Positions 1 to 11,791 are shown, counted from the first letter of the stretch. The stretch: DNA of 64,000 nt from Waterburya sp. (GCA_051658085.1 JBOFLX010000030.1:32952-96951); one strand, 5' to 3'. Made by a program: numbers and translations. The notes: generated by a model from the letters alone, not told the origin.

Positions 1-365
1 GAATAAATCTCTTAAGATTTATTTTCTTACTTGGTAGAGCCGAACAATTTTAATTGCTCAAAATCATTGTTACCTTATATTTTTTGATTCATTCTTTACT
101 CATATTTGATCTAAACAGCAATCAAGGCTAAATTATTAGCTAATAAAATTTTAGTTAAAAATAGCTAAAATCTATTGGTTAATAACTAAAATTTAGTTTA
201 ATGAAATATATTAGTTTTGTGCTATGACCTCTTGTCAAACTAAGACATTGTTTCTGAGAGCGAGGCAGGAAAATACGCACTAAAATTTCATTTCAATATA
301 CTTGGTTTTGCTGTTGAACAGTACTGTACTCTTTTCTGTTGTAATTAATCATTCTTCTAAGCATT

Positions 366-638
366 ATGACTAGACCCAAAAAATCTCAGCGCCAAGAAAC
401 CAATTCCCCTTTTAAAAGATTAAGATTAAACGTTAAACTTTCTCAAGAACAATTAGCCAGAGAAATCGGCGTAGCAGTTTCAACCATTAGGCGTTGGGAA
501 AAAGGGCAAGCTGAACCAACTATGACAGTCGCCCAAATGAAAGAATTTTGTAAAGCAGTCAACAAAAATTTTGAAGATTTACCAAGTTCTCTTTTACCAC
601 CCAAAAACGGTAATGGAGCTAGTAATAGTGCCTCATAA
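366..638 (+). CDS. XRE-family helix-turn-helix DNA-binding protein (90 aa)
   Basis: ORF track; segment LSQEQLAREIGVAVSTIRRWEKGQAEP is a classic Cro/XRE-type HTH; isolated small gene at window edge. Confidence 0.5.
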   Translation: MTRPKKSQRQETNSPFKRLRLNVKLSQEQLAREIGVAVSTIRRWEKGQAEPTMTVAQMKEFCKAVNKNFEDLPSSLLPPKNGNGASNSAS

Positions 639-643
639 TTTCT

Positions 644-1450
644 CTATTGCAAAAGTGCTTGTTTGAGGGAGGAGCAAAAGTCGCCGATCGCTTGTAGTCT
701 AGTTTCAGGAGTCCCATCCGCCAAACGTTTGACTACTGCGCTACCCACAATTACGGCATCTGCCCCCCAATCCTTAACTTGTTTTGCCTGTTCGGGGCTA
801 GAAATACCAAAACCAACCCCGATCGGTTTATCAGTTATATTGTGCAAATCAGCAAGTAGATCTTGAACATTGGTTTTCATTTCTGAGCGTATTCCTGTGA
901 CACCAGTGACGGAAACCAAATAAACAAAGCCTTGAGATTTAGTAGCGATCGCTTTAATTCTGTCTGAAGAACTTGTAGGAGCAACTAATAAAGTTACTTC
1001 AATACCCATTGCTGCTGCTGGTTGGAGTAAAACTTCTGCTTCTTCGAGAGGTAAATCGGGGACAACTAAACCACTAACTCCAGCCTCTTTCACTTGTTGG
1101 AGAAAACTTTCGATCCCACGATAGTAAATGGGATTGTAATAAGTAAATAAAATAATTGGAACTTCTATTTTCTGGACTGCCTGTTTAACAACTGCTAAAA
1201 CATCTTCTAATTGGACTCCTTTTTGTAAAGCTCTAGTCGCTGCTGCTTGAATTGTTGGCCCATCAGCTAGAGGATCGGAATAGGGAACACCTAATTCAAT
1301 AATATCTGCGCCATTTTGAGCTAATATTTCTAAAGCTTTGGCTGTGGTGGCTAAATCAGGATCACCAGCAGTAATAAAAGGAATCAAAGCACATTCAGAA
1401 TTTTGTTTTAATTGTTGAAAACGATGGGCAACAGAGTTCATTAGGTACAA
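644..1450 (-). CDS. trpA: tryptophan synthase alpha subunit
   Basis: 268 aa; N-terminal [28 protein letters not shown] and GFGIS motifs are diagnostic of TrpA TIM barrel. Confidence 0.9.
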   Translation of the reverse strand: MYLMNSVAHRFQQLKQNSECALIPFITAGDPDLATTAKALEILAQNGADIIELGVPYSDPLADGPTIQAAATRALQKGVQLEDVLAVVKQAVQKIEVPIILFTYYNPIYYRGIESFLQQVKEAGVSGLVVPDLPLEEAEVLLQPAAAMGIEVTLLVAPTSSSDRIKAIATKSQGFVYLVSVTGVTGIRSEMKTNVQDLLADLHNITDKPIGVGFGISSPEQAKQVKDWGADAVIVGSAVVKRLADGTPETRLQAIGDFCSSLKQALLQ

Positions 1451-1504
1451 TTAATAATATAATATTTAAAATAAATTAAGTAAACTTTAAAAATTGTCGG
1501 GGCT

Positions 1505-1810
1505 TTAAGATTTTTCCTCTTGCTCAATTTCTTGTTGCAGTTGGGTTAACTCTTCAGGAGACATCTCTTCCAGACGTTTTTGCATCACTGCCTCTTCATA
1601 ATCTTTGAGTTGTTGATTATAAGTCATGTTTTTCGTACCAACTCGAAATAAATAAGTTAATGACCAACCAATTAAACCAATAACCAATAAAGCCTGAGTC
1701 CAGATGCCTGCTTGAATGCCATCTAGACCAACTAGCTGTAAAGCTAGGTAAACTAGACCTGCTGCGACAAATACACCCAGACCAATACCTAGAGCATCGA
1801 TTCTACGCAT
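1505..1810 (-). CDS. DUF3007-like small membrane protein (2 TM helices plus acidic coiled-coil tail)
   Basis: 101 aa, two hydrophobic helices then EE/Q-rich C-terminus; sits between ndhL and trpA, a conserved cyanobacterial neighbourhood. Confidence 0.5.
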   Translation of the reverse strand: MRRIDALGIGLGVFVAAGLVYLALQLVGLDGIQAGIWTQALLVIGLIGWSLTYLFRVGTKNMTYNQQLKDYEEAVMQKRLEEMSPEELTQLQQEIEQEEKS

Positions 1811-1819
1811 ATTTTGTTC

Positions 1820-2050
1820 CTAAGCTTTTAATTCGCGACGTTTGGGGCGAAAATTGAGAAACGGACTGAGCAAGATCATTCCTGGAAAACTTAAGAACAC
1901 AAAAAGATACATAATCAACCTTTCAATGGAACTTGCCACATACCAGCGATTTTTTAGGTAGAAATACACTAAGGCTGGCAACACTACAAGATATGTGCCA
2001 CTTAAAACTAGGTATAATAAGGCAACTAAATTAGTCTCGGTAAGTAGCAT
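1820..2050 (-). CDS. ndhL: NAD(P)H-quinone oxidoreductase subunit L
   Basis: 76 aa two-TM protein; motif NRWYVASSIERL...FVFLSFPGMILLSPFLNFRPKRR matches remembered NdhL signature (RWYV..S..ER...FPGMILL.PFLNFRP). Confidence 0.7.
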   Translation of the reverse strand: MLLTETNLVALLYLVLSGTYLVVLPALVYFYLKNRWYVASSIERLIMYLFVFLSFPGMILLSPFLNFRPKRRELKA

Positions 2051-2138
2051 AATCGTCTTTAATTATTAGCAAATTCTCCACATTAGTATTCTAACAGGGT
2101 AGGTACAACAAGCTGCACAGCAAGAGTAATACTCTTAA

Positions 2139-2426
2139 TTAACCAAACTTATAATGTTTCCTAACCGCACTGATAATGTTCCAGGTGCAAGACATACCCG
2201 CAGAAAAGGTAACTAAATCGCCTTTGCCCATAATTACTGGTTGTTCGCCATCGGGAGTCACAATCACATTTCCTTCGAAAAAATAGCAAGTTTCAGCTTC
2301 GTCATAAGTCCAGGGAAATTCTGATACTTCCTTTTGCCAAATTGACCAATTAAAAACATTTAGTTCATTTAGTTGCTCTAAACTAGGTTGAGATATGACG
2401 GTAATAGTAGTAGTAGTTTTACCCAT
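2139..2426 (-). CDS. cupin-fold protein (DUF861/cupin_3-like)
   Basis: 95 aa; beta-rich with G-x-V-x-V-T-P-D-G and FSAG motifs typical of small cupins. Confidence 0.5.
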   Translation of the reverse strand: MGKTTTTITVISQPSLEQLNELNVFNWSIWQKEVSEFPWTYDEAETCYFFEGNVIVTPDGEQPVIMGKGDLVTFSAGMSCTWNIISAVRKHYKFG

Positions 2427-2595
2427 AGTTAGGAATGATTAATGAGATTAAAGTATTGTTAAGACATATTATTATATGTAAGTCTCAAAAAAGATAACTT
2501 TTGACTTAGTAAGTAGTAATTTTAGCCTTGCTATACTAAGCAATATAGACATTATTAAGCTCAAAAAAACCTGTTTATCAAACATTTTCTAAAAT

Positions 2596-5358
2596 ATGCA
2601 GCCTACCGATCAAAGTAAGTTTACTGAACAAGCCTGGGATGCGATCGTAAAATCCCAAGATATTGCCAAATTATTTCAGAATCAAAACTTAGAGGTAGAG
2701 CATTTAATTTTGGCAGCGATAGAACAAGAAGGGCTAGCTAAGACGATTCTAGATAAAGCTAATATTGACTCGCTGCGTCTGAAACAACAACTAGAGATGT
2801 TTACTAAGCGTCAGCCTCGAATCGGCTCATCTCAACTGTATTTAGGGCCTGGGTTAGACCGGATGTTGGATCGCGCAGAAGACTGTCGTGCTAGTTGGGG
2901 TGACAATTTTATTTCGATTGAGCATTTCTTGATGGGTTTTGCTGAAGATGCTCGCATTGGTAAAAAAACTCTCCGTAGTTTTAATCTTGATCCCCAAGAT
3001 TTAGAACAGGTAATTAAAACAATTCGAGGTTCACAAAAAGTTACCAAACAAAACCAAGAAGAACAATATCAAGCATTAGAAAAGTATGGGCGAGATTTAA
3101 CTGAACAAGCAAAAGCAGGTAAACTCGACCCTGTAATTGGTCGGGATGAAGAGATTCGTCGAGTAATTCAAGTGCTTTCTCGTCGGTCTAAAAATAACCC
3201 TGTATTGATTGGTGAGCCTGGAGTTGGGAAAACAGCGATCGCCGAAGGTTTAGCCCAACGAATTGTCAACGGGGATGTGCCTGAATCGCTTAAAAATCGT
3301 CAGTTGATTTCTCTGGATATGGGTAGCTTGATTGCAGGAGCAAAATATCGTGGAGAATTTGAAGAGCGTTTACGGGCGGTTTTAAAAGAAGTAACTGAAT
3401 CTAGTGGACAGATAGTTTTATTTATTGATGAAGTCCATACCGTTGTAGGGGCAGGAGCGAGAGAAGGCTCAGGCTCAATGGATGCAGGTAATTTACTCAA
3501 ACCGATGTTAGCCAGAGGAGAATTGCGCTGTATTGGGGCGACTACTCTCGATGAATATCGTAAGCACATTGAAAAAGATCCAGCCCTAGAAAGACGTTTT
3601 CAACAGGTATACGTCAAACAACCTTCGGTAGAAGATACCATTTCCATCCTGCGAGGACTGAAAGAAAGATACGAAGTCCATCACGGGGTAACTATTACTG
3701 ATTCTGCTTTAGTAGCAGCAGCAACTTTATCCCAACGCTACATTACAGAACGTTTCTTACCCGATAAAGCGATTGATCTAATCGACGAAGCAGCAGCTAA
3801 ATTAAAAATGGAGATCACTTCTAAACCTAGTGAATTAGAAGATATTGATCGCCGTATTATGCAGCTAGAGATGGAAAAGGTTTCATTAACAGGTGAAAGC
3901 CAGCGTCCAGGAATGTTAGCGATAGATCGGGCTGCTAAACAAAGGCTAAGTAAAATTAAAGCCGAAATCGAAACTCTAAAAGGCAAACAAAGCGGACTGG
4001 CTGCTCAATGGCAATCTGAAAAACAATTGCTGGATGAAATTAATGCTCTTAAGGAAGAAGAAGAAAAAATTCGTCTGCAATTAGATCAAGCAGAAAGAGC
4101 TTACGACCATGAAAAAGCTGCTCAATTGAAATATGGCAGACTGGAAACTCTTCAACGAGAATTAGAAGCCAAAGAAACTAAACTATTTGACATTCAATCT
4201 CAAGGAACAACGCTGTTAAGAGAACAGGTGACAGAATCAGATATTGCTGAAATTGTGGCTAACTGGACAGGAGTACCAATTAATCGACTATTAGAGTCGG
4301 AAAGACAAAAACTACTGCAACTTGAAGGACATCTGCATCAACGAGTGATCGGACAACAAGAACCTGTGGCTGCCGTTGCTGCTGCTATACGTCGGGCTAG
4401 AGCAGGGATGAAAGATCCTGGTAGACCGATTGGTTCTTTCTTGTTTATGGGACCAACAGGAGTCGGTAAAACTGAATTAGCTAGAGCTTTAGCTGCCTTC
4501 CTCTTTGATAGTGAAGATGCGATGGTACGCATTGATATGTCTGAATACATGGAAAAACACGCCGTATCTCGTTTAGTAGGTGCGCCTCCAGGGTACGTAG
4601 GTTTTGAAGAAGGAGGACAGTTAACCGAAGCAGTGCGTCGTCGTCCGTATTGTGTAGTGTTACTAGACGAAGTAGAAAAGGCTCACAAGGATGTGTTTAA
4701 TATCTTGTTGCAAGTTTTGGATGATGGCAGAATTACCGACTCTCAAGGACGAGTGGTGGATTTCCGCAACGCCATTATTGTGATGACTAGTAATGTAGGC
4801 AGTGAACATATTCTCAATGTCCAAGGTGAAGATCGCGATTATGAAGAAATTTATAAACAAGTTAATCAAGCTCTCAGAAGTCATTTTCGCCCAGAGTTTC
4901 TCAACCGCATTGACGATTTAATTATCTTCCACGGTTTGAAAAAATCTGAACTCAAGCAAATTGTGACGATTCAGATTCAAGGTATACAACGTCTATTGAG
5001 CGAACAAAAAATTACAATAGAGCTATCTACCGCAGCCCAAGATCGGATTGTCAATATTGGTTACGATCCTGCTTACGGAGCGCGCCCACTAAAAAGAGCA
5101 ATTCAACGGGAACTACAAAACCCTATTGCGACGATGATTTTAGACAATACCTTCACCGCAGGCGATAAGATTTTAGTCGATTGCGTTGACAATAGTTTAA
5201 TCTTTGATAAAGAATCATCCCCGATAGAAGTAGAAACAGCTAAATTACCCCAAGATAAAGAATCAACTACTAAGGGTGCTAAAACTCCAGAAAAATCTGA
5301 CCAGCAAAAACCACAAGAGCCTGATGAAAAACCAGAAGTTGTCTCATCAGAAAAATAA
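2596..5358 (+). CDS. clpB: ATP-dependent chaperone ClpB (Hsp100)
   Basis: 920 aa; two AAA+ modules (Walker A GEPGVGKT and GPTGVGKT), long coiled-coil middle domain, Clp N domain; K/P/E-rich C-terminal tail. Confidence 0.9.
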   Translation: MQPTDQSKFTEQAWDAIVKSQDIAKLFQNQNLEVEHLILAAIEQEGLAKTILDKANIDSLRLKQQLEMFTKRQPRIGSSQLYLGPGLDRMLDRAEDCRASWGDNFISIEHFLMGFAEDARIGKKTLRSFNLDPQDLEQVIKTIRGSQKVTKQNQEEQYQALEKYGRDLTEQAKAGKLDPVIGRDEEIRRVIQVLSRRSKNNPVLIGEPGVGKTAIAEGLAQRIVNGDVPESLKNRQLISLDMGSLIAGAKYRGEFEERLRAVLKEVTESSGQIVLFIDEVHTVVGAGAREGSGSMDAGNLLKPMLARGELRCIGATTLDEYRKHIEKDPALERRFQQVYVKQPSVEDTISILRGLKERYEVHHGVTITDSALVAAATLSQRYITERFLPDKAIDLIDEAAAKLKMEITSKPSELEDIDRRIMQLEMEKVSLTGESQRPGMLAIDRAAKQRLSKIKAEIETLKGKQSGLAAQWQSEKQLLDEINALKEEEEKIRLQLDQAERAYDHEKAAQLKYGRLETLQRELEAKETKLFDIQSQGTTLLREQVTESDIAEIVANWTGVPINRLLESERQKLLQLEGHLHQRVIGQQEPVAAVAAAIRRARAGMKDPGRPIGSFLFMGPTGVGKTELARALAAFLFDSEDAMVRIDMSEYMEKHAVSRLVGAPPGYVGFEEGGQLTEAVRRRPYCVVLLDEVEKAHKDVFNILLQVLDDGRITDSQGRVVDFRNAIIVMTSNVGSEHILNVQGEDRDYEEIYKQVNQALRSHFRPEFLNRIDDLIIFHGLKKSELKQIVTIQIQGIQRLLSEQKITIELSTAAQDRIVNIGYDPAYGARPLKRAIQRELQNPIATMILDNTFTAGDKILVDCVDNSLIFDKESSPIEVETAKLPQDKESTTKGAKTPEKSDQQKPQEPDEKPEVVSSEK

Positions 5359-5553
5359 TTACTTATTAGTAGCAATTGATACTTCTGTTGGGCAAAATTA
5401 TAGTTAGATTAAAGGATATATATGTATAAGGTTATGGTTTATGGCAAAAACATTAAGTTGAGCAAATAATCCTTACTTTTAAACATATATCATCCTGCTC
5501 AAACTATAAATTTGGGCGAATTAACCTGTAGTTAATAAAAGGTCTAACTATTC

Positions 5554-6546
5554 ATGGTAGCGATGGGTGTGTTTCCAGCTATCTACTCTACTCTCTCTCC
5601 TCAAGCTTTGATCGAGGGAGTTCTAACTAGATACGAGCTAGAAACAATTAATCAATGTTTGTTTTGGCATCGTGGTTTAGGTGATATCTATTTAATCAAC
5701 ACTGTCAGCCAGTCTTATATTCTGAAAGTATCTCATCATCACTGGCGATCGCAGTCAGATATCCAGTTTGAGCTAGAATTTTTAGATTTTTTGAATCAAC
5801 AAAACATTCCTGTTGCTAACCCTCTTAAAACTATAGATGGTGAGTTATTTGTAATTATTAATGCTGTAGAGGGCGATCGCTATGCTGCCCTGTTTCCCTA
5901 TGCTCCAGGAGAAATACCTCAAGGAGATTTGAATATTGAACAGAGTACGATTATGGGGCAAATTTTGGGACAACTCCACCAAATATCGCTCAATTTTAAC
6001 AATAAAACCCCTCGTAAACCCTTAGATCTTAAATATTTACTAGAAGATTCTTTAGCGATAATTACTCCTTATTTGCGTCATCGCCATAACGATTTAGTTT
6101 ATTTAACCGATACCGTTAACAAGATTGAACAACAGTTAAGCTGTTTGGAAAAGACAGCCCCTTACTGGAGTGTTTGCTGGGGCGATCCTCACAGTGGTAA
6201 TGTTCACTTTACGCCAGACAACCAAATTACTCTTTTTGATTTTGATCAGTGTGGTTATGGCTGGCGTGTTTTTGACCTGGCTAAGTTTTTACAGGTTTCT
6301 TTGAGTGCGGGTATCAATCGTCAAGTTAGAGATGCCTTTTTTGCAGGCTATCAAACAGTCACGGAGCTTACCGAGGTGGAAATGTCATCTTTGCAAGCTT
6401 TAACGCAAATGGCTCATATTTGGACGTGGGCAATTAGTATTAACGCCACAGCGATTCATAATTGGTCTAGGTTAGATGATTTTTATGTCAAAAAACGTTT
6501 GAATCAACTAAAAAGATTAGCTAGCAAGGAATGGCAATTGTTTTAA
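5554..6546 (+). CDS. phosphotransferase-family protein (APH / homoserine kinase type II-like kinase fold)
   Basis: 330 aa; Brenner-type motif HSGNVHF and DFDQCGYG (catalytic loop / DFD) typical of aminoglycoside phosphotransferase family. Confidence 0.5.
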   Translation: MVAMGVFPAIYSTLSPQALIEGVLTRYELETINQCLFWHRGLGDIYLINTVSQSYILKVSHHHWRSQSDIQFELEFLDFLNQQNIPVANPLKTIDGELFVIINAVEGDRYAALFPYAPGEIPQGDLNIEQSTIMGQILGQLHQISLNFNNKTPRKPLDLKYLLEDSLAIITPYLRHRHNDLVYLTDTVNKIEQQLSCLEKTAPYWSVCWGDPHSGNVHFTPDNQITLFDFDQCGYGWRVFDLAKFLQVSLSAGINRQVRDAFFAGYQTVTELTEVEMSSLQALTQMAHIWTWAISINATAIHNWSRLDDFYVKKRLNQLKRLASKEWQLF

Positions 6547-7301
6547 CAAAAGCTATAAGCCCTTCGGGTTCGGCATTCGCTCTTTGCTGGAAACCAACAA
6601 GACCGCGATGCCTCACTATAAGCTTTGTAATTTGTAGTTTTCTCAGCATAATTAAACTAAACTTGTATTTCGATTCCTTCGATTCCCTAGAACAAATTTT
6701 GACCCAACTTGAACAACAGTCAGGTTGGGAAAAGTTTCGTGAGTATCGTCAACTATTAAAGTGCTGGCAAAATACTGTTAGTCCAAGTACTGCCCAGCAC
6801 ACTCGTCCTCTCTACATTGAGCGACAGGTACTTTGGGTTGCTACTTCTAGTGCTGCTAGAGCGCAAGAGCTTTCTTTTCAACGCTATAGTCTACTAAAAA
6901 AGCTTAATCAACAATTATCTTTGGTCTTAAAAGATATTCGCTTTTCCTCTTCTAAATGGCATCAAGCAACTGAGCGAGATTATACCCAACAGACTTTGTT
7001 CAAAATTAGCAACCAGCAAAAATCTAAAATTAATCTTAGTAATTCTCCAGTAGGAACGAAAAAGCTGGTAAATAATCCTGAAAAATTACCAGAAGTAACA
7101 TCTCCTTCAAAGAAAGCTAAGGCAGCAGCCGAGCGTTTGTTACACACTATTCAACAGAACACAAATGCTTTTATAGCTTGTCCGAATTGTGATTCTCCAA
7201 CACCAATAGAAGAAATAGAGCGATGGAGTTTATGTTATCACTGTGTTGCTCAGAAATGGAATCTGGAATATCGTCCTGCCACTTTTCCAGAGTCAAAATA
7301 A
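6531..7301 (+). CDS. DUF721 (DciA-like) domain protein with C-terminal Cys4 zinc ribbon; start codon uncertain
   Basis: segment YRQLLKCWQNTVSPSTAQHTRPLYIERQVLWVATSSAARAQELSFQRYSLLKKLN resembles DUF721 core; C-terminal CPNCDS...CYHC zinc ribbon; the ORF-track start overlaps the upstream gene by 16 bp so true start is probably internal (possibly TTG near 6661). Confidence 0.4.
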   Translation: MAIVLTKAISPSGSAFALCWKPTRPRCLTISFVICSFLSIIKLNLYFDSFDSLEQILTQLEQQSGWEKFREYRQLLKCWQNTVSPSTAQHTRPLYIERQVLWVATSSAARAQELSFQRYSLLKKLNQQLSLVLKDIRFSSSKWHQATERDYTQQTLFKISNQQKSKINLSNSPVGTKKLVNNPEKLPEVTSPSKKAKAAAERLLHTIQQNTNAFIACPNCDSPTPIEEIERWSLCYHCVAQKWNLEYRPATFPESK

Positions 7302-7580
7302 ACAGCACCGAAAAATAGTATTGAAGTTTTTATCAATGATCCCTATAGCTTTTTTTAGCTTAATCTCCTTAAAAATACGCAGTATTAGATTATTTTGAGT
7401 ACCATTTTTTGGGTTCATTATGTCTATTCATTACTCAATTATAAAGAGAATGTGAAAAGTTAAGAGCTATTGGGGATCACTCAAAGCCTTGTCAGATAAT
7501 TATTTCAACTAGATCTATGAGTTTATGAAGAAAGCGCAAAATATATGAATAACGAAATGGAATAAAATCGAAATGACCTA

Positions 7581-7868
7581 ATGAAAGAAATCAATTTTTC
7601 AACTTCTGCCTGTCGCTACTGTCGCTTTTATAAGCCAGAAGGACGCAGGGGCGGTTCTTGCCAACAGTTAGGCGTACCAGTCCAGAGTAGTTGGAAAGCT
7701 TGCGCGTTTGCTTCTCATCCTTTTGAAACAACATTTAAAAAACTAGAAGATATTTTGCATTTAGAAAGTTCAATTGCCTTACAATCTCCAACTAAATTAA
7801 CTCCTAAAACATCTAAGGTTAATATAGAGAATAGTTATCAATCAAAGGCTGTTAATAAATTGGAGTGA
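7581..7868 (+). CDS. hypothetical Cys-rich small protein
   Basis: 95 aa ORF; CRYCRFYKPEGRRGGSC...C motif; no recognisable family. Confidence 0.35.
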   Translation: MKEINFSTSACRYCRFYKPEGRRGGSCQQLGVPVQSSWKACAFASHPFETTFKKLEDILHLESSIALQSPTKLTPKTSKVNIENSYQSKAVNKLE

Positions 7869-7872
7869 ATTT

Positions 7873-8706
7873 TTAGGGTAACCAAGGATATTGCTGGAAA
7901 TTAGGAGAACGTTTTTCCAGAAAAGCCTGTTTTCCTTCTGCGCCTTCTTCTGTCATGTAATAAAGCATGGTGGCGTTACCAGCTAACTCTTGTAGACCAG
8001 CCTGTCCGTCACAGTCGGCATTAAAAGCAGCTTTAAGACATCTAATAGCAATTGGGCTTTTTTCTAGAATTTCTTGCGACCACTTGATCCCTTCTGCTTC
8101 TAATTGCTCTACTGGTACAACATAATTAACTAGACCCATTTCCAGTGCTTCAACTGCATTATATTGCCGACAGAGAAACCAAATCTCTCTCGCTTTTTTT
8201 TGCCCAACAATACGAGCTAGATAGCTAGAACCAAATCCACCATCAAAACTACCTACTTTTGGGCCTGTTTGTCCAAAAATGGCATTATCGGCAGCTATAG
8301 TTAAATCACACAAAACATGAAGTACATGACCCCCACCAATGGCATAGCCAGCTACTAAGGCAATGGTAACTTTGGGTAGTGAACGAATCAAACGCTGTAA
8401 ATCTAAAACATTTAACCTGGGTGTTCCCCGATCATCTATATATCCTGCTTTGCCTCTAATACTCTGATCGCCACCAGCACAGAAAGCATATTTTCCGTCT
8501 GTATGAGGGCCTGCACCCGTTAACAAAACTACACCGATCGCCTGATCTTCACGGGCATCTACAAAAGCATCGTACATTTCAAATACGGTTTTTGGACGAA
8601 AGGCGTTGCGTTTATGGGGTCGGTTAATAGTAATTTTGGCGATCCCATTCCATTTTTGATACAGAATGTCTTCGTAAGTTTGAGTCGTTTGCCATTGAAC
8701 TTGCAT
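7873..8706 (-). CDS. menB: 1,4-dihydroxy-2-naphthoyl-CoA synthase (phylloquinone pathway)
   Basis: 277 aa crotonase fold; ITINRP...[10 protein letters not shown] and C-terminal [18 protein letters not shown] are MenB hallmarks. Confidence 0.9.
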   Translation of the reverse strand: MQVQWQTTQTYEDILYQKWNGIAKITINRPHKRNAFRPKTVFEMYDAFVDAREDQAIGVVLLTGAGPHTDGKYAFCAGGDQSIRGKAGYIDDRGTPRLNVLDLQRLIRSLPKVTIALVAGYAIGGGHVLHVLCDLTIAADNAIFGQTGPKVGSFDGGFGSSYLARIVGQKKAREIWFLCRQYNAVEALEMGLVNYVVPVEQLEAEGIKWSQEILEKSPIAIRCLKAAFNADCDGQAGLQELAGNATMLYYMTEEGAEGKQAFLEKRSPNFQQYPWLP

Positions 8707-8983
8707 AGGTTATTGCTACTAACAGCAGCATCATCGTTTTCTAAAATTAAATCATTTTTTAGCTGCTGATCATTGTCTATATTTTTTTGTCTTTTAACTT
8801 TTGACTTTAATTAGCGTTATCTATTTGGGGATCAATATAAAACTATGTAAAATATATCTAAAGAATAATTATATATACCTAAAGAGAAATTATACTTAAA
8901 GAGTATTTAGTTAACACTTAGTAAGCAAATTTAGATTTGATTAATGACTTGATAACTAATTTGTCAAAATTCTGTTAATAAAA

Positions 8984-9181
8984 ATGACTAAAATTCAAAC
9001 AATCCCCTGTCCCAATTGTGGCGAGCGCGCTACGAGACATATAATTGATAATTGTATTTGGCGTACTTCCTGTTATAGCTGTGATTATTTATTGGTACAA
9101 TGCGCTAAAACAGGCAAAGTAATTGAGGCTTATGCCCCTGGTATTAATAGTTATTGTGTGATTGATTCGATTTCTCGCTAA
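8984..9181 (+). CDS. hypothetical small zinc-ribbon protein
   Basis: 65 aa; CPNCG...CYSC Cys4 arrangement; weak coding evidence otherwise. Confidence 0.3.
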   Translation: MTKIQTIPCPNCGERATRHIIDNCIWRTSCYSCDYLLVQCAKTGKVIEAYAPGINSYCVIDSISR

Positions 9182-9186
9182 ACTTT

Positions 9187-10230
9187 CTAAACTTTGGAGG
9201 CTCTTAATTGTCCACAAGCTGCATCTGCTTCTAAGCCACGGGAATAACGCACGCTGACAGCTATTTTTGCCTCTTCTAAAATGTTAGTAAATTCCCTGAT
9301 TCTATTTTTGTTTGGTCTTTGATAATCCACCTCAGAAATAGGATTATAGGGAATTAAATTGACGTGGGTTTGAAACCCTTTTAGATGTTGCACTAACTCC
9401 CGTGCATTGGCAGGTAAATCATTAACTCCTGCCAATAAAATATATTCAAAAGTTACTCTTCTACCAGTCACTTGCACATAATCGCGACATTCAGCCAGCA
9501 AATCATCTATGGTGTATTGTTTAGCACTCGGAATTAACTGTTTCCGCAAAGCCTGATTAGAAGCATGAAGACTTACTGCTAAGACAATCTGTAGTTGATG
9601 CTGGGCTAATTGCTGAATTTTACCAGGAATACCCACTGTAGATACGGTAAGCGATCGCGCGCCTATGCCGACATCTTGATTGAGAGATTTAACCGCAGCC
9701 ACCACTTCATTTAGGTTTGCCATCGGCTCTCCCATACCCATAAACACTACATTACTGACTCTCTGCCCAAAATCTTCCTGGACTGTAAGTACTTGATCGA
9801 TGATTTCAGCAGCTTTGAGGTTACGAGTGAATCCTCCTTTACCTGTAGCACAAAAATCACAATCCATCGGACAACCAACCTGAGAAGAAACACAGACAGT
9901 TAGACGTTTAGCGGTAGGAATACCTACAGTCTCAATAATTAAGCCATCGGTCAAACGTAATAAATATTTACGAGTCTCATCAGGAGCAACACTTCGATAG
10001 TGGATAGTCGAGCGTCCCAGAGGATAATCAGCCATTTCTTCCCGCCATTTTTTAGGAAATACAGAAATATCCAAGAGCGATCGCACCTCTTTTTGGTATA
10101 ACCATTGATGTAGTTGTTTACCTCTATAGGCTGGTTGTCCTTGCTCTTGCACCCACTGGGTTAACTCTTCTAAAGATTTACCTAACAAAAATTCCGAATT
10201 AGTTGATTGTGTAATTGTTGGGAGGGTCAT
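9187..10230 (-). CDS. rlmN: 23S rRNA (adenine2503-C2)-methyltransferase, radical SAM
   Basis: 347 aa; radical SAM cluster motif [20 protein letters not shown]-terminal Cys for methyl transfer. Confidence 0.9.
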   Translation of the reverse strand: MTLPTITQSTNSEFLLGKSLEELTQWVQEQGQPAYRGKQLHQWLYQKEVRSLLDISVFPKKWREEMADYPLGRSTIHYRSVAPDETRKYLLRLTDGLIIETVGIPTAKRLTVCVSSQVGCPMDCDFCATGKGGFTRNLKAAEIIDQVLTVQEDFGQRVSNVVFMGMGEPMANLNEVVAAVKSLNQDVGIGARSLTVSTVGIPGKIQQLAQHQLQIVLAVSLHASNQALRKQLIPSAKQYTIDDLLAECRDYVQVTGRRVTFEYILLAGVNDLPANARELVQHLKGFQTHVNLIPYNPISEVDYQRPNKNRIREFTNILEEAKIAVSVRYSRGLEADAACGQLRASKV

Positions 10231-10235
10231 GATAA

Positions 10236-10300
10236 TTTTATTGATTACTAATTACTGATCATAGGTGATTAGTGATTGGTCATTGGTGACAAGTTAAGAT
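10236..10300. repeat. STRR-like heptamer array (ATTACTA/GGTGATT variants) abutting MITE copy A
   Basis: attactaattactgatcataggtgattagtgattggtcattggtgac seen directly. Confidence 0.6.
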
Positions 10301-10389
10301 TCTGACTCCTGACTTCTGTACGTCGCCAAACTTACGGCTCCCCTACCTGACTCCTCTCTCAACTATTGATTTAAGTGCGTAACAGCTTA
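10290..10389 (+). mobile_element. MITE-like element copy A (partial, lacks one terminal repeat)
   Basis: core ctgactcctgacttctgtacgtcgccaaacttacggctcccctacctgactcc plus terminal atttaagtgcgtaacagctta shared with copies at 26307-26455, 29436-29597, 39886-40022. Confidence 0.7.
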
Positions 10390-10396
10390 TTGAAAA

Positions 10397-11140
10397 TCAA
10401 ATAAATAATAAAGGTTTATCTTTTAAAGGTGTAAAAGCTTGAGAATTGAAACGATATAAACTAGCAGGACGACCAGCACCACGACATACTTTAATATTTG
10501 TATCAGATAAAATACCTAGTTTTAATAAACGAGAACGGAAATTAGAATAGTCGGAAAAGTTTTCACCTAAAATTGTACAGTAAAGTTGATAAACTTCATT
10601 TAAAGTAAATTCTGAGGGTAAAACCTCAAAAGCGATCGGACTGTATTGTAGTTTATTTTTTAGTCGATTCCAGCCATATTTTAAAATTTGATCGTGGTCA
10701 AAAGCTAACTTTGGTACTTGATTTACTTTATACCAAGCAATGTTATCAATAGACTTAGTAATAATTTTGGCATCCTCATATCTTACTAAAGCAAAATAAC
10801 TAACAGATAAATATCTCACTCCAAAACTATTAGGATTTTCTCTCGGATCTCTACCAGGATCTCCAAAAGAATATAGCTGTTCTAGATATAAATTATCTAC
10901 CTTGATTTTTTCGGCTAAAGTACGATATGCAGCATCAGTTAAGGATTCTCCTTGGCGGACTAATGTACCTGGTAAACTCCAATAGTTTTTAAAAGGTTCT
11001 TCTTTTCTTTTATCTAGTAAAACTAATACTCGATTATAAGTAGTATCGACAGAAAAAATAACATTGTCTACTTCTACTTTAAAATCAGCTAAACTTTTAA
11101 CTTTATTGCCATCTGGTTGGCTAGTAAAATTAATTTTCAT
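10397..11140 (-). CDS. nrtR: Nudix-related transcriptional regulator NrtR (Nudix-like domain + C-terminal winged HTH)
   Basis: 247 aa; degenerate Nudix box GESLTDAAYRTLAEKIKV; C-terminal LAFDHDQIL...NFRSRLLKLGIL...GRPASLYRF resembles NrtR wHTH; co-oriented downstream of nadD and pncB. Confidence 0.55.
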   Translation of the reverse strand: MKINFTSQPDGNKVKSLADFKVEVDNVIFSVDTTYNRVLVLLDKRKEEPFKNYWSLPGTLVRQGESLTDAAYRTLAEKIKVDNLYLEQLYSFGDPGRDPRENPNSFGVRYLSVSYFALVRYEDAKIITKSIDNIAWYKVNQVPKLAFDHDQILKYGWNRLKNKLQYSPIAFEVLPSEFTLNEVYQLYCTILGENFSDYSNFRSRLLKLGILSDTNIKVCRGAGRPASLYRFNSQAFTPLKDKPLLFI

Positions 11141-11199
11141 ACTTATTACTTAAAAAATAGTCTCATTTGTATTTGTAGCAATTATTTAAGTTACTGATA

Positions 11200-11784
11200 T
11201 TAGCTAACTTTAGTATTTTTGTTATATAAATTTTGTTGCCAAATATAATTTTGCACGGTAGGGGTAATTAAACTTTGATCTTTTTGTAAACGATAAGTGC
11301 TAGAAGCAGCTTTCGGCGCATTTAAAGTTGCGATCGCGCATCTACCGCCAAGTTGTTTTAATGCTGCTAAGTCTAATTGACTTATCGTATATCCCCGACG
11401 AGGAATAATTAATATCTTTACTTGTTTTAATAATTCTTCAATGCGATACCAACTATTTATTTGCTCTAAAATATCTGCACCTATGACTAAGTGAAACTCT
11501 ACTTCTTTTCCCCATTTTTCCCTGGCTTTATTGACTGTAATTAAAGTCCGACGATCGCTTAATTCTGGATGCAAACTAATATTATTATCAGCAAGATTAA
11601 GATCAGCGATCGTTAACTTCAGCATTTCTGTCCGATCTACTAAGGGAGTTTGATGTTCTTTAAAAGGATTATCCGATGCCCAAACTACCACGCGATCGTA
11701 ATGCTTAGATAACCATTGGAGTATCGTTTGATGTCCTATTGTTGGGGGATCAGCACTTGTACCAAATAGAGCAATTTTGTCCAT
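11200..11784 (-). CDS. nadD: nicotinate-nucleotide adenylyltransferase
   Basis: 194 aa; N-terminal FGTSADPPTIGH (HxGH nucleotidyltransferase motif). Confidence 0.8.
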   Translation of the reverse strand: MDKIALFGTSADPPTIGHQTILQWLSKHYDRVVVWASDNPFKEHQTPLVDRTEMLKLTIADLNLADNNISLHPELSDRRTLITVNKAREKWGKEVEFHLVIGADILEQINSWYRIEELLKQVKILIIPRRGYTISQLDLAALKQLGGRCAIATLNAPKAASSTYRLQKDQSLITPTVQNYIWQQNLYNKNTKVS

Positions 11785-11791
11785 TATCCAA

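Noticed and set aside
663-866. Numerous 60-110-aa ORFs on the opposite strand inside large genes (e.g. 663-866, 2832-3047, 3300-3569, 15332-15562, 16112-16360, 18543-19094, 40835-41152, 56119-57029, 61457-61808)
   Set aside because: They overlap well-supported conserved genes (trpA, clpB, TPS exoproteins, SbtA-like, cyclase, ALDH) and have low-complexity or proline/serine-rich translations typical of antisense frames. Treated as spurious.
5200-5358. K/P/E-rich C-terminal tail of ClpB as a separate fused domain
   Set aside because: It is low-complexity with no motif and is most likely a lineage-specific disordered extension.
6531-6660. N-terminal 40 codons of the 6531-7301 ORF as real coding sequence
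   Set aside because: It overlaps the upstream gene by 16 bp and precedes the recognisable DUF721 core. The true start is probably downstream, so the track start was kept only as a placeholder.
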